From Macrostomum lignano (lineage: Eukaryota): a stretch of 64,000 nucleotides of DNA. The DNA is taken from positions 24,311-88,310 of the forward strand of contig NIVC01003607.1 in the NCBI GenBank assembly GCA_002269645.1, in the 5' to 3' direction. Below the pieces are notes generated by a model. That model was not told where the DNA came from. It saw only the letters and a program-made list of their open reading frames with translations, and made no database searches. Below, piece by piece: positions 19,821 to 33,900 of the stretch (the first letter of the stretch is position 1; the number at the start of each line of letters is the position of its first letter). Both the position numbers and the translations under genes were made by a program.

Positions 19821-20690
19821 ATGTAGATGGGCTGAGAGTTGAGTAGATGTCTATGGACTGAGAGTTGAGTAGATGTAGATGGACTGAGAGTTGAGTAGAT
19901 GTCTATGGACTGAGAGTTGAGTAGATGTAGATAGACTGAGAGTTGAGTAGAAGTAGATGGACTGAGAGTTGAGTAGATGTCTATGGACTGAGAGTTGAGT
20001 AGATGTAGATGGACTGAGAGTTGAGTAGATGTAGATGGACTGAGAGTTGAGTAGATTTAGATGGACTGAGAATTGAGTAGATGCAGATGGACTGAGAGTT
20101 GAGTAGATGTCTATGGACTGAGAGTTGAGTAGATGTCTATGGACTGAGAGTTGAGTAGATGTCTATGGACTGAGAGTTGAGTAGATGTAGATGGACTGAG
20201 AGTTGAGTAGATGTAGATGGACTGAGAGTTGAGTAGATGTAGATGGACTGAGAGTTGAGTAGATGTAGATGGACTGAGAGTTGAGTAGATGTCTATGGAC
20301 TGAGAGTTGAGTAGATGTAGATGGACTGAGAGTTGAGTAGATGTCTATGGACTGAGAGTTGAGTAGATGTCTATGGACTGAGAGTTGAGTAGATGTCTAT
20401 GGACTGAGAGTTGAGTAGATGTAGATGGGCTGAGAGTTGAGTAGATGTCTATGGACTGAGAGTTGAGTAGATGTCTATGGACTGAGAGTTGAGTAGATGT
20501 CTATGGGCTGAGAGTTGAGTAGATGTAGATGGGCTGAGAGTTGAGTTGATGTCTATGGGCTGAGAGTTGAGTAGATGTCTATGGGCTGAGAGTTGAGTAG
20601 ATGTCTATGGACTGAGAGTTGAGTAGATGTCTATGGACTGAGAGTTGAGTAGATGTAGATGGACTGAGAGTTGAGTAGATGTCTATGGAC
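19813..20690 (+). repeat. Minisatellite, 26-bp unit gagttgagtagatgtagatggactga, beginning at the GPCR stop codon
   Basis: Tandem copies; the first overlaps the codons ATT GAG TAG. Confidence 0.95.
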
Positions 20691-21210
20691 ATGATGACAT
20701 GTTGAGTAAATGTCTATAGACCGTTGTTATAGATGATCAATTGATGCGGAATGATGAAGCTAGTCGGTGGATTTTCAGAGTAACTGGCCCTAGTGGGTCA
20801 GCGTCATTCCTCGAGTCAGCTGCAGCGCACAATGCTGTGATTGGATAGCAGCTCGGAGCTGCGCTAGAAGTACATTTGCATCGGCTGCCACACCTGGGCA
20901 ACTTATGGCCAGGTATATATTTATTAAATCGTTTTTTATTTTCTTTTTTTTCAATAAACGGACATTACTTTGGACTCGTAAGATATTGTCCTGTCCCTTA
21001 GAATGTCGTCATTTGAGTCATGTCTGTCCGAACTGTGCGCTTGAAACTGCCAGCAGATATTTTTCCCATTTTTCTTTGATATTTTTTGCCGGAAACAAAA
21101 TCGCAGATTGCTTGATTCCCATCAAACAGAATTGTTAATCATTCAATATTTCCATTTTCTCTGTTTCATTCAACAATTAATTTATGTCCGTATGTGTTCC
21201 CAGCGTACTC

Positions 21211-21716
21211 CCCAATGCACCACCGTGATCCTGTTCAACTGAGCTGCATGACATCCCCAATGCACCACCGTGATCCTGTTCAACTCAGCTGCATGACATC
21301 CCCAATGCACCACCGTGATCCTGTTCAACTCAGCTGCATAACATCCCCAATGCACCACCGTGATCCTGTTCAACTCAGCTGCATGACATCCCCAATGCAC
21401 CACCGTGATCCTGTTCAACTCAGCTGCATGACATCCCCAATGCACCACCGTGATCCTGTTCAACTGAGCTGCATGACATCCCCAATGCACCACCGTGATC
21501 CTGTTCAACTCAGCTGCATAACATCCCCAATGCACCACCGTGATCCTGTTCAACTCAGCTGCATGACATCCCCAATGCACCACCGTGATCCTGTTAAACA
21601 TCCCCAATGCACCACCGTGATCCTGTTCAACTCAGCTGCATGACATCCCCAATGCACCACCGTGATCCTGTTAAACATCCCCAATGCACCACCGTGATCA
21701 TGTTCAACTCAGCTGA
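21211..21716 (+). repeat. Minisatellite, 45-bp unit ccccaatgcaccaccgtgatcctgttcaactcagctgcatgacat
   Basis: Tandem copies; 15-aa repeat ORF. Confidence 0.95.
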
Positions 21717-22546
21717 TCTCCCTAATGCACCGCAGTCGGGTCACAGCTCATGTTTAACCAGTTTTCATGTTTGCTTTGCTTCTGTGCAGTCCAAGCTTTA
21801 AAGCACCTGGCCGCTGCGCCCCTCTGATCATCATAAACTATTAATGGAGCACCGCTGCTGCCTACACGCTTCTGCTTTTACCGTGGCCGGTTTTTGCCGG
21901 CCATTTCGCCCTCGCGCCGCCGAACAAAAGCCGCCGCAAGCAGCCTCGCGTCCTGCTCTGTAGCGGGGCGCCTCTGTGTTGTTCGCCCCTCCCCGCTCAC
22001 CGCAGCCCCCCCCCACTGTCTGAAAGCGAGTCGCCAGCAATCCAATTATGCGGCAGCAATTTGCCCCGGAACACGGCGGCCTCTCGTCCTCCTTGATTTC
22101 CCAGCCTCCTAGCTCCTAGCGTCATCCAAGAGTTTTGAGTCGAATACACGAATGAACGGAACGCGAGAGCCGATCGTAGGAAAATGCTGGAAAGCTTAAA
22201 GTACACAAGGCGGAACTGACTGCCCGCTAATGCGGCTTTGCTATCGACTCGAAGTTCTCCTGTGTTTGAGTTTCTGATTTTTCGAAACTGCACCATTGCC
22301 TGCGCCCGTTCTCTTGCCACAGTCAGAATGAGCTCAGTCGAGTATCTTTAAACAGGTGCAGTTAAGTAAAGGTAACAATTTTTCCAAGAAAGAGTTTCGA
22401 AAAAAGTTTCTCTGAGGTTCGCTCTCGAAGCTTTAGTTTGCTTTACATGCAAGTCTGGCTATCACAGAAATGCGCTCTGATCTGCGCCCTTTTCTTGAGA
22501 CCAATTGATGTTAAAAGAAATGCTTCATAACAGCACCTGGCCTGTA

Positions 22547-23215
22547 AGCTGACACAGTCAGTGAGAATGCTCGGCCTAAGGGAAGGGCTGACACAGTCAG
22601 TGAGAATGCTCGGCCTAAGGGAAGGGCTGACACAGTCAGTGAGAATGCTCGGTCTAAGGGAAGGGCTGACACAGTCAGTGAGAATGCTCGGCCTAAGGGA
22701 AGGGCTGACACAGTCAGTGAGAATGCTCGGCCTAAGGGAAGGGCTGACACAGTCAGTGAGAATGCTCGGCCTAAGGGAAGGGCTGACACAGTCAGTGAGA
22801 ATGCTCGGCCTAAGGGAAGGGCTGACACAGTCAGTGAGAATGCTCGGCCTAAGGGAAGGGCTGACACAGTCAGTGAGAATTCTCGGCCTAAGGGAAGGGC
22901 TGACACAGTCAGTGAGAATGCTCGGTCTAAGGGAAGGGCTGACACAGTCAGTGAGAATGCTCGGCCTAAGGGAAGGGCTGACACAGTCAGTGAGAATGCT
23001 CGGCCTAAGGGAAGGGCTGACACAGTCAGTGAGAATGCTCGGCCTAAGGGAAGGGCTGACACAGTCAGTGAGAATGCTCGGCCTAAGGGAAGGGCTGACA
23101 CAGTCAGTGAGAATGCTCGGCCTAAGGGAAGGGCTGACACAGTCAGTGAGAATGCTCGGCCTAAGGGAAGGGCTGACACAGTCAGTGAGAATGCTCGGCC
23201 TAAGGGCTGACACAG
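22547..23215 (+). repeat. Minisatellite, 39-bp unit gctgacacagtcagtgagaatgctcggcctaagggaagg
   Basis: Very homogeneous tandem copies. Confidence 0.96.
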
Positions 23216-23381
23216 CTTCATAAACAAACTAATATTCTAAATGGTGGGCGAGTAACAAAGAATATAAAGACACTTCAATCTCAGACAAAACTGTAGACTC
23301 AATGACTTGAATAGCAATAACGCTGACACTGGCAGGTCGTCGGTCTATCAAGAAGCGGATGGCGTATTTATCAAATATGAC

Positions 23382-23419
<38 letters not shown>

Positions 23420-25017
23420 TTTGTCAGAGCAGAGCAAAGACCGCTCCGCACGCCCGCATCAGGCATCGGCTGCTGAAAGCAATTTAAAAAAGGCAAAATG
23501 CGATGCGGTTCTCCATTTTTTAAGCGGCTTGACTCAACCGGAGGCAGAAGGGATTTTAATTTAATTAGCATTTCCCCTTGAGCTGCATGACCCTCTCCGC
23601 TGCTTTGCAGAAAAAATTCACTTTTCAAAAGCTGCTTGTCTGGCATTTCCGACCTCCAGCATGGCATCGCCCATCACTGAGTAAAGTGTGTTTTCGATAC
23701 ATATCGGAGAGCTACAAATCAATAGCCGAGTAAAGTGTATTATCGATACATATCGGATAGCTACAAATCAATAACTGAGGCTGCGTCTTGACTGGCATCG
23801 TGACAGTCATTGGGAATTATTAATGTTTCGAAATCTCTCTGAATTAGCAGCGCACTGTGCCAGAATCGTCCCAGCACCTGCTGCTCCCAGCTGCCGCGGG
23901 TACCATGTGAAAAAAGGATTTGGGAATCTTGGCCCAGTTCCTGCTAAATATTTCAGTTTTTGCTGCTGCCCGGGCTACCAGACAGACAGACATTTGACAG
24001 GGATCTCTTGGACAAAAAGAAACGGGGGGGGGTGGGCAGCAGCAAGAAAGAGCTTTTACACATCTGTGTCGACTCTCGATGGGTAAAGCGAATTTTTATC
24101 AGCTATTTACTTGCAACATTCTACTCTTAGTAGGTGAGAAGCAAATAATATTCAATTAATCCTCGCATTCCCAGGGGATTTCTCTTCATTTTGGCATCAG
24201 TTCAGCGTTTGAATATCTTTGATTTCTTAAAAATCCTTAGCCAGATAAATCCCTGTTTTTCTTTAAGGCCCTGAGCCCTTGCCTGCCCTTAAATCAATAT
24301 TGAACTCTTCCACTAATTCAACGATGGCTATATTGACTTTTAATCTACCTGTGTTTATCAGTGATGCAGTAATTAGCTGGCGAAAGTGGCTGGTGGGTGC
24401 AGTGGGCCGCCTACTCTGCGCAGCCTTATCTTATCTGAGGCTTTTTGTTTGCAATAATCGAAATTCACTTCCTTATAATTGTGCTGAATTGCGGCATAAT
24501 TTTGAGCAAACCATGCAGCCAATTATGCGGCGCTACAGTCGGTGCAATTGTGATTATAAATCTGTTGTCTGGTACTGCGGATTCGAGCTCAGCTCCTGTG
24601 ATAAGAGCTTAGCTTTGAGTGAGTATTTATATTGTCTTGGAATTAATTTTCTCACCTGACCTTTCAGACCTGTATGTTTAGTTAAGCAAGGTAAACAAAT
24701 TATCAATATCACTTTTATAGGGAACGCATATGAAGTTCTGACAGATAAATCCCAGCGCTTTGACTGGGAGTCTGGAACTGCGGGAAACGTACAGGATGGA
24801 GTGGAGAAGGCTTCATGAGTAGGGATCCGAATCCCAGGAACTGGGACAGTACTGCTTGCCGGTCATGAGTGCCATCCGAGAATTTTATGATAATAATTTT
24901 TATCCTGATTCTAATTTTATTAAACTTTAATTGTGACTTGCTAATACCTATTCACATACCGGTATTCTTGCAATAATGCATTTGATTGTCGTCTGATTTC
25001 ATTTGCATTCATTTATT

Positions 25018-26110
25018 CAAATCCAATCCAATCCAATCTAATCCAATCCAATCCAATCCAATCCAATCCAATCCAATCCAATCCAATCCAATCCAATCCA
25101 ATCCAATCCAATCCAATCCAATCCAGTCCAATCTAATCCAATCCAATCCAATCCAATCTAATCCAATCCAATCCAATCCAATCCAATCCAATCCAATCCA
25201 ATCCAATCCAATCAAATCCAATCCAATCCAATCCAATCCAAACCAATCCAATCCAATACAATCCAATCTAATCCAATCTAATCCAATCCAATCTAATCCA
25301 ATCCAATACAATCCAATCTAATCCAATCCAATCCAATCCAATCTAATCCAATTTAATCCAATCTAATCCAATCCAATCCAATCCAATCCAATCCAATCCA
25401 ATCCAATCTAATACAATCCAATTTAATCCAATCTAATCCAATCCAATCCAATCCAATCTAATCCAATCCAATCAAATCAAATCCAAACCAATCCAATCCA
25501 ATACAATCCGATCTAATCCAATCCAATTTAATCCAATCTAATCCAATTTAATCCAATCCAATCCAATTTAATCCAATCTAATCCAATCTAATCCAATCCA
25601 ATCCAATCCAATCCAATCTAATCCAATCTAATCCAATCCAATCCAATCCAATCTAATCCAATCTAATCCAATCCAATCCAAGCCAATCCAATCCAATCTA
25701 ATCCAATCCAATCCTATCTAATCCAAATCTAATCCAATCCAATCCAATCCAATCCATTCCAATCCATTCCAATCCAAGCCAATCTAATCCAATCCAATCC
25801 AATCCAATCGAATCCAATCCAATCCAATCCAATCCAAGCCAATCTAATCCAATCTAATCCAATCCAATCCAAGCCAATCTAATCCAATCTAATCCAATCC
25901 AATCCAAGCCAATCCAATCCAATCCAATCCAATCCAATCCTATCTAATCCAAATCTAATCCAATCCAATCCAATCCAATCCAATCCAATCCAATCCAATC
26001 CAATCCAATCCAATCCAATCCAATCCAATCCAATCTAATCCAATCCATTCCAATCCAATTCAATGCATTCCAATCCAACCCATTCCAATGCCAACCGAAT
26101 CCAACCCAAT
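25018..26110 (+). repeat. (ATCCA)n pentanucleotide satellite
   Basis: About 1.1 kb, with atcta/attta variants. Confidence 0.97.
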
Positions 26111-26224
26111 CAGTCGAATCCAAATAGAATGTTTTTGAGGGTGATTCTCAGTCAGGATGTATAGGATTTTTTGTTACTTTTCGTTGTTAGCAGTTGGGCA
26201 TGGTGGCTTTCTATCGGCAATTGG

Positions 26225-26945
26225 GAAATCGGGGATTAAGGAAGCCAAATGGGATATCAGAGATTAAGGGAGCCAAATGGGAATCGGGGATTAAGCAAGC
26301 CAAATGGGAAATCAGAGATTAAGGGAGCCAAATGGGAAATCGAGGATTAACGAAGCCAAATGGGAAATCAGAGATTAAGGAAGCCAAATGGGAAATCAGA
26401 GGTTAAGGAAGCCAAATGGGAAATCGGGGATTAAGGAAGCCAAATGGGAAATCGGGGATTAAGGAAGCCAAATGGGAAATCGGGGATTAAGGAAGCCAAA
26501 TGGGAAATCGAGGATTAAGGAAGCCAAATGGGAAATCAGAGATTAAGCAAGCCAAATGGGAAATCAGAGGTTAAGAAAGCCAAATGGGAAATCAGAGGTT
26601 AAGGAAGCCAAATGGGAAATCAGAGGTTAAGGAAGCCAAATGGGAAATCAGAGGTTAAGGAAGCCAAATGGGAAATCAGAGGTTAAGGAAGCCAAATGGG
26701 AAATCGAGGATTAAGGAAGCCAAATGGGAAATCGGGGAATAAGGAAGCCAAATGGGAAATCAGAGGTTAAGGAAGCCAAATGGGAAATCGAGGATTAAGG
26801 AAGCCAAATGGGAAATCGGGGAATAAGGAAGCCAAATGGGAAATCGAGGATTAAGGAAGCCAAATGGGAAATCAGAGGTTAAGGAAGCCAAATGGGAAAT
26901 CGAGGATTAAGGAAGCCAAATGGGAAATCGGGGTGCCAAATGGAA
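26225..26945 (+). repeat. Minisatellite, 28-bp unit ggaagccaaatgggaaatcagaggttaa
   Basis: Tandem copies. Confidence 0.94.
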
Positions 26946-27993
26946 GGTAGATAGGTGTGCACTCTGCGCAGAAATCAGTTCGAATTTAAACGGCTAGTCA
27001 GTGTATTAAGTAATTGTTTGTTAAGCTTACTGTTTATTGAATTTCTAAGAACTCACGTATCCCCCGCTCCCAACTCCTGCGCCTTCGACCGTCGATACAT
27101 CAGTTCTGTTCTGCACGTGGACGGAACAGCCCAGCTGAAATAAATTAATTAGCCACCCTGAAATTGTGGAATGCTTGGATCGCAGGTTTGCAGGTGGAGT
27201 CAGGTGGACAGTTCAATGAGAGGCTTATTCTAAATTTCGCTATGCCAATTTGCCAAGGTTTCTTGGGAGGAAAAGAAAAGGCTGAAATTTCGCACTTCGC
27301 TAGAAGCAGCTTTGCAGTTTTCCTGGCTTATTTCGCTTCATAGAAATACAGACTGACTGATTCGCGGGTTGAGGGAGCGCAATTTACACGCGCCCTCCTA
27401 GCGCCTGTGGAACTGTGGCTTGCTATTTTTCGGCAAGACGGACGGTTGCCCCCTCCCTGTGTTTCATTGAGAATTGATAAATAAGTGCACGCTGTAATCA
27501 AGTTTTCCTCGCGCCCGCCCGGCTGGCGCGAGCTACGCGGAGTTGGAATTTTAGGGGGTTGGGGTGGGGGCTGCGACTGAGGCCGGCCCGGGCGGGGAGG
27601 TTTAGAGATAAAATAAGGAGGGTGAGAAATGAAAGCCCTGCACAGCCCGCCCGCCACCCGCCACCCCCCCCCACTTCACTACTTGTGTTGTAAAGTGAAA
27701 TGAGCGACCGTTGCGGACCCTCAAATAAGCCTTCCCTCTCTTCCCTCCAAAACCCTCCCAGGCGCGGCCACCCAGGCCCGCTCCCTCATTGGCTGCTCGA
27801 GGGCGCTCCCCCATCCCAGGTCCCAAACTGAGGCCCCATAAAGGCCCCCGCTTTATCTCCGCTCTGTTTCCTCAGACCGAGAGCCGCCTCTTGTCCCAGC
27901 CCAGAACTGAATAAACAACTCCGGTCACACCTGACTCTCTCCTGCCATCGATTCTCACTTACCTCGGATCAGATTGACTTGAATCCCCCCGCT

Positions 27994-30900
27994 ATGTCGG
28001 CTACAGTGTTGAACTCCTGCAACCTGAGCTTCTACCAGCTGCAGTCCTACCTGCAATCCTGGCACGCAGCCAACGCCAACCGCGCCGCCGCCAAGGAGAA
28101 CCTGAACTACGGAGGAGCTGCTGGGACATCGCCGAGCACGTGCCCGCCTCAGGCGCAAAGTGTAAGTGGCTTCTAAACTATCCTCACCTTTCTATTTATT
28201 ATTTCCTATTATAGTGCTCAATGACCCTGACTTTATATACTTGAGCCGTCATTTACCTGTTATTAGTGTTTATTGCAGTCGCAGCCTCGCGGTTTACTAA
28301 GTTGTGCAAAATTACAATTTAGCTGTGCTCTAGATATGCTTGTGATAGAACATTCACATTTAGGTATTTCACATCTCAATTTTTTAAACGTTTGCTTCAC
28401 TAATCACCGTTCAAATTAGTTTCTTTCATTCTGTTTTTGAAAGACACGAATACTCGTAAAGTGATTAAAAAGCAAGACTGGGGGAATGCGGTGTCGGTGC
28501 TTGTATGAGTCAATCAGTCGGTTGAGTCCAGTTGTCTCTCAGCGGCAATAGCGTGGGTTGCAGAACATTGTCCAGTCATGCCTCTATCCCTCTCCTGCAT
28601 GGCAACACGGGGACTGCGGTGAGACTGACTGTTTGCCTGCGTCAGGAGGACCGGGGCAGGAATTCCTCCACGCCGTCTCGTGCGGCTTAAGGGGGTTTTA
28701 ATTAGGGGCAGATGGTCGAGTCCGAGCAACTTACTCCACGCTGGCGAGCTCGGGTCCCAGCGACCCCCACCCCGCCCTGCCCCCATTGTTCCCAAGGCAG
28801 CCCTGCAGCGGGTGGTGGAGGGGGTGCTTAAAGAGATTTCTCGGCGAGCGAGCACAGACCCGAATCCCGGCCGGGCCCCGCAACCAGTCCAGTGCTGGCT
28901 TTGTTTGCTTGTCCCTGCGTCAGCACGCCCTGGGCCTAGGAAAGCCTGCAGTTGCTAGGGGGAGGGGCGGCACAGCGCCTCTGGGAGAACTCGGAACTCG
29001 GAGATCACGCTGCAGGGGGAGAGCAGGGGAATGCTGCGAGTGAGTCACACTGCCTGTCTGTGCCTGCCTTGACCCTCTCCCAAGAGTTGCCAACCTGCAG
29101 CCACGCGGTTAGTAAAAGCCGACTCAAAGGCAGCAGAGAAATTTGAGTTCCCCAAAATTGTTTTCCTGACAGTATTGAAATTGATCCGGGTGGAGACTTG
29201 CTTGGTTAATTTTGTTCAGCTTACATTTCATACATTTCATCAGACTGATTCTGTGACGGTTTAGATTTTGTAAATTCTAGCGGAGCCCCCCCCTCTGTAG
29301 CTGGCCTCCCCTCTGTAGCTGGCGTCCCCTCTGTAGCTGGCGTCCCCTCTGTAGCTGGCGTCCCCTCTGTAGCTGGCGCCCCCTCTGTAGCTGGCGCCCC
29401 TCTGTAGCTGGCGCCCCCTCTGTAGCTGTCGTGGCGCCCCCTCTGTAGCTGGCGTGGCGCCCCCTCTGTAGCTGTCGTGGCGCCCCCTCTGTAGCTGTCG
29501 TGGCGCCCCCTCTGTAGCTGTCGTGGCGCCCCCTCTGTAGCTGTCGTGGCGCCCCCTCTGTAGCTGGCGTGGCGCCCCCTCTGTAGCTGGCGTGGCGCCC
29601 CCTCTGTAGCTGGCGTGGCGCCCCCTCTGTAGCTGGCGTGGCGCCCCCTCTGTAGCTGGCACCTGCTCACATTGCCTTCAACTTGCAATAGAAATTGAAT
29701 GACTAGACTGCGCCCTCTGTTACCAGCTCCCTTTCTTCCTAAAACAGTATTTTTCTCTCGCTCCATTGCCCCGGCTCCGGTCTCGCATGGGGTGTTCTCA
29801 GTCTATAGAAATCTCAGACCGCAACCCCGCACACAAGGCACGCAAAGCCCCCCCCCCCATTCGAAAAAGGCTGCGGACTGCGGAAGAGAGGTGAAGGATG
29901 GCAGTGGCGCGGACCTCACTGCATTTCAATCTTTCCTATTGTGAGGAGGGTCGGTGTGATACCTTCGCCACTTTGTGCTCTGGCCCGGCCCCCCTTCTGC
30001 TCTCGGGGTTTTTAGTCCCTTAGTTAGCTGCTTTCTTTCATCTTGCATCCATCCTCTGTCGGTCCTGCTCTCTTGTTGCAGCCTGCAGGCTTCACAGCTC
30101 AGTAATTGCGCAAGGCCTAACAGAGACTGCCCCTTACTCTGAGAATGCAGCCTAGTGGGGTTCGGGTCCCCGGCCGGGTTGGGGTGCAGGTGCTCCCGCC
30201 TGCGGCAAAGTTTTCTTTGTGTCTGATGCAGGCCTGGCCTTCTAGATGGAAAGATATAATCCGAATGGCCCTTTGCTACAGGTAATTTATTTGATAAATA
30301 ATCTTAAGCCAGCCGTGACTTCTTGAGCGTGCCAAACTGATACACAATAATGTAGAAGTGTATACAATGTCAAAGCCATTATAGACAGGCCTTGGGACCG
30401 CCGGCTTGCGTCAGAGAAGGAAATATTCGCTCGCTCATTCCCCCCCCCCTGGCCGTTGGGTTCCAATGGCTGGGGCTCGGGCTGCAGGCCTCTGCATGCG
30501 CGCATTCTGAACCGGGTTAAGCAGCACTGCTGATAAGGGGGGGGGTCCGGATGCCCTCCCTGTCCCTGGCATGGGACTAAGCCACTCATTACACTCCTCC
30601 CAACTTGTGCGCGCGCCTGTGTGTGTGTGCAGCAGCAGGTAGTTCGGGGAGGCTTGAGCCGCGCAAGCCCGCGGGCCCGGAGCCGAAGGAAGGCCAGATA
30701 GGATCTCGCCTTGGCCCATTGGGAGGGGGGTAGGGAAGGAGAGGAAGGCGGGCTGCTGCTGCAGAGCGGGTCTCCGCCCTCCCCTGCTGCAGCGGTACTG
30801 TATAAACAGGGGGAGAGGCTTGGGGACTGCAGCGGTGCTTTCGCTTTGCCTTATCCTTGCCACCCCGGGCCTGAGAGACAGAGAGACGCGCAGAGACTTC

Positions 30901-33900
30901 TCTTTTTGCTCGAGCTCGGGTTCTGCAGTTACCGGCCTGGTTTCCAAGATTCTACACGCAAGTTCGCTCTCTGCTGCACAGGCCCGCAGCTCTCTCTCTC
31001 TCACCCGCTCACCCTCTGCGCACAGGATTGAAGTGCCGGCAAAGATTCTCTACTCCCCTCCCCCGGTGAGTGCAGTTTGTGCTGCGTCGCATTCCTACTA
31101 GGCTATTGTAGGCTGTTGGCCTCTGCTTGCTGCAGACCGCATCCCCCCGGTTGGCGTGAGAGAGTCGCTGAGACAGGAAGGATGCAAATCGGGTCTGGGG
31201 CGAGCCCAGTGCATTGGGGACAGGAGAGGGAGGGGGATTTGCGCAGTAAGGAGGCTTTTGCTGCAGTTTTCACAGAGCCGCGGCACGCAGGAGAGCCCCC
31301 ATGAAGCTCCCCAAAATTGCCATGCAGCTGCAGCAGCTCGCACAGCAACAAATGCTGTGCGAGTTTCTCGCACTCGCATCTGTCAGCGGCTCGGCTTATC
31401 GTTCGATTTTCGAGCCCGAGCCGGCGGAGCTGTGCCGCCCTCTTTATCTGCCTGTCCTGAGCTTCTGGGCTCCCGGCCTTGTTGCTACCCGCCGCTCATT
31501 CCTGCGCAGCCCCCCCCCCGGCTTCTGCAGCAGCAGCTCCCCAAGGCGGATGCCAGAACTCTCTGGAGCCGCCCTCCCCTCCCCCCGTTCTCAATCCCTT
31601 CCCCCAGGGGAGTCCGGTTACCGCCCGCCTGCCCCTTATCACTTAGCGAGCTGCTTGAGCTCCTCAGTTGCTAGGGGGGGGGGGGGGAGGCGCCCCGGTC
31701 TGTGAGCTGGTGCCGGCCGGGAATGAGAACCAGAGTAGATAGGGGACGGGCTGTGGCTGCTGAGTCATTGCCGGCCACGCTCCCACAGTGAGCTCCTGAG
31801 CTCCCTTTCTGGCACGCTCTGGTTGCCCAGCCGCGCCCAGCCCCCTCCCCGAGTTTCAGAAGCAGAAGTTTTTCTTTAACTAGCATGACTCACTCTGGCT
31901 CCCACGTTCTTATAGTCTCCAAGTCTCAGGTAGGGGGGATATTCAATTATGCCTTGCTTTTATTTATGGTGTTTAACTTGCCTGCTCGGCCTATGGATAC
32001 AGAGACCGGGTGTGAGCTCCCCTGCAATCTCCCCGCGATTCTTGAATCCCAAGACGGGAGCCAAGTTATGCTTGTAAATGGATACGTGACTTCTGGCTGT
32101 CTCTCGGCCATAGACTGTCGCGGGTGTTGCAGAGCTGTAGCGATAAGGGGGCCGCCTGACTGACTGACTGACTGACTGACTGCGGCAGAGCATGGCGGGG
32201 TGGGGTTGGATTTCAACTGGGGAAATCACGGTTCTGAGCCTCGATGATGCAGTGAAGGATTGCTACACTAAATATTATGGCTGGCGCTAACACCAACAAT
32301 AACTGTAAAAGGAAAATTGGGGGGGGGGGGGCCAGAGAGGCGCGTGGATCCCCCCACTTGCACAGTGCGCAGTTGCAAGCGCTTGAATGCGATGACACAC
32401 AGGAAGCAGGCGGCACAGTCACACAGGAAGTGCTGGGCCCCAGTAAGCTGACACTTTCACTCCCCTCTGCTAAGGATCAGTTAGTTCGGGAAGAGGCACG
32501 GATTTCTATTTAGTCCTGGCGCTGTGTCCCACAATGGTGCTGTGTCTAATTATAAGCTTTTAAGGGGAAATTGAGCCGAGTGGGCCCTGCTTTGCATATT
32601 CCTGCCTGCGGATGATGACTCAGCCGTGCCACAGGTGCCGCAGTGCAGCAGCAGCAGCAGACTTTGCTTTGATCCTGTGCTCTCTTCAATCTCCTTCACT
32701 CACTTCTTGAGGATAACAGCAGATGATAAGAAATGTGTTTAGGGACTTCCTGTGTCTGCCACTTCCTGCCCTGTGGAGCTTGCAGAGGCGCACAGGATGT
32801 ATATTGTGCAGCTGGGATGCAGCAGCCTGGCTGGCAGTTGCTATGTGACCAGTTGGCTTGTATAGAGGGGACTGTGACAGATTCTTATCCTGGGGTGTGC
32901 GCGCCTTTGTAGTTTTGTATACACAATCTGCAGTCACATTTAGGGGCTCCTTCCGGTTCTGGGCTTCAATCAAACATTCCAATTTTTCTGACAATTCGCT
33001 GCTATTAAGAAGTCTGAAAATATTTATTGCATTTGCTACTATTGCCTGCTTACTGTAAGTAGCATGTGCAGAATCGCTCATCGCGCATCCTCATAATCTG
33101 CTACCTGCAGCCCGAGCCCGCCGCAGCGGACCTGAGCGGCGCCAGCAGCAGCGGCAGCAGCGGCAACGACAGCGGCGTCATCAGCGAGATGGACAAGGCC
33201 AAGTTCAAGGCCCGCCTCATGGAGCTGGTGCGCGACACCTTCGACTTCGACACCAACGCCAGGGTCACCCTGCTCATGAGCGTCCGCCTTGACGACCAGA
33301 CTGAGGCGCTGAATGTCGAGGTGTCCGAGGAGCTCCCAGCCAAGCCCGCTTGCGGCCCCGTCGCCGCCGCCCCGCCCGCTGGCAGCGCCAGCGCTGGCGG
33401 CAGCAAGCGGAAGTCGCAGGCGCCGCAACGGATGGTGCCGTCCGGCGAGGACTCCTTCGTGCCCGCCCCAGCCGCCGCCACCGCCCCGTCTCGCGACGCG
33501 TCCAGCAGCTTCGGCGTGGATCTATCGACCCCCGGCACGGCCGCCGCTGTCGCCGCCGAGGACGAGGAGCCGCAGCCGCTGAACCTCAGCCGCCACGGTT
33601 CGCCGTCAGTCGGCGCTGCCGGCTCCTCGTCGACTCCACTGAAGCCGGCAGTCTCCACCTCCGCCGCCGCCGCCTTCCAGCTGAACAACCCGGACCTGGC
33701 CTTCCACCCGTACCTGGCCGCTGCGGTGCAACAGCGGGTTGTCAGGCCGCCGGCCCTGCTGAGCGCTGCCCACCTGCCCGCCCTCGCTCCCGCCGGCCTT
33801 CAGCTGCCGCCGCCGCCGCTGTCGCAGCAGCCGCAGTCTCAGCGGCCGCCGCAGCCGCAGCCGCAGAAGCCGGCAGCTCCGCGCCAAGTGCGGTCGCGCC

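Noticed and set aside
21831-24659. Short ORFs at 21997-22320, 23307-23564 and 24279-24659
   Set aside because: No domain similarity, codon bias or coherent splice structure was recognised.
29081-29664. hAT-like ends (agagttgccaac / ctggcacctg) around the 23-bp array
   Set aside because: Poor inverted match and no TSD.
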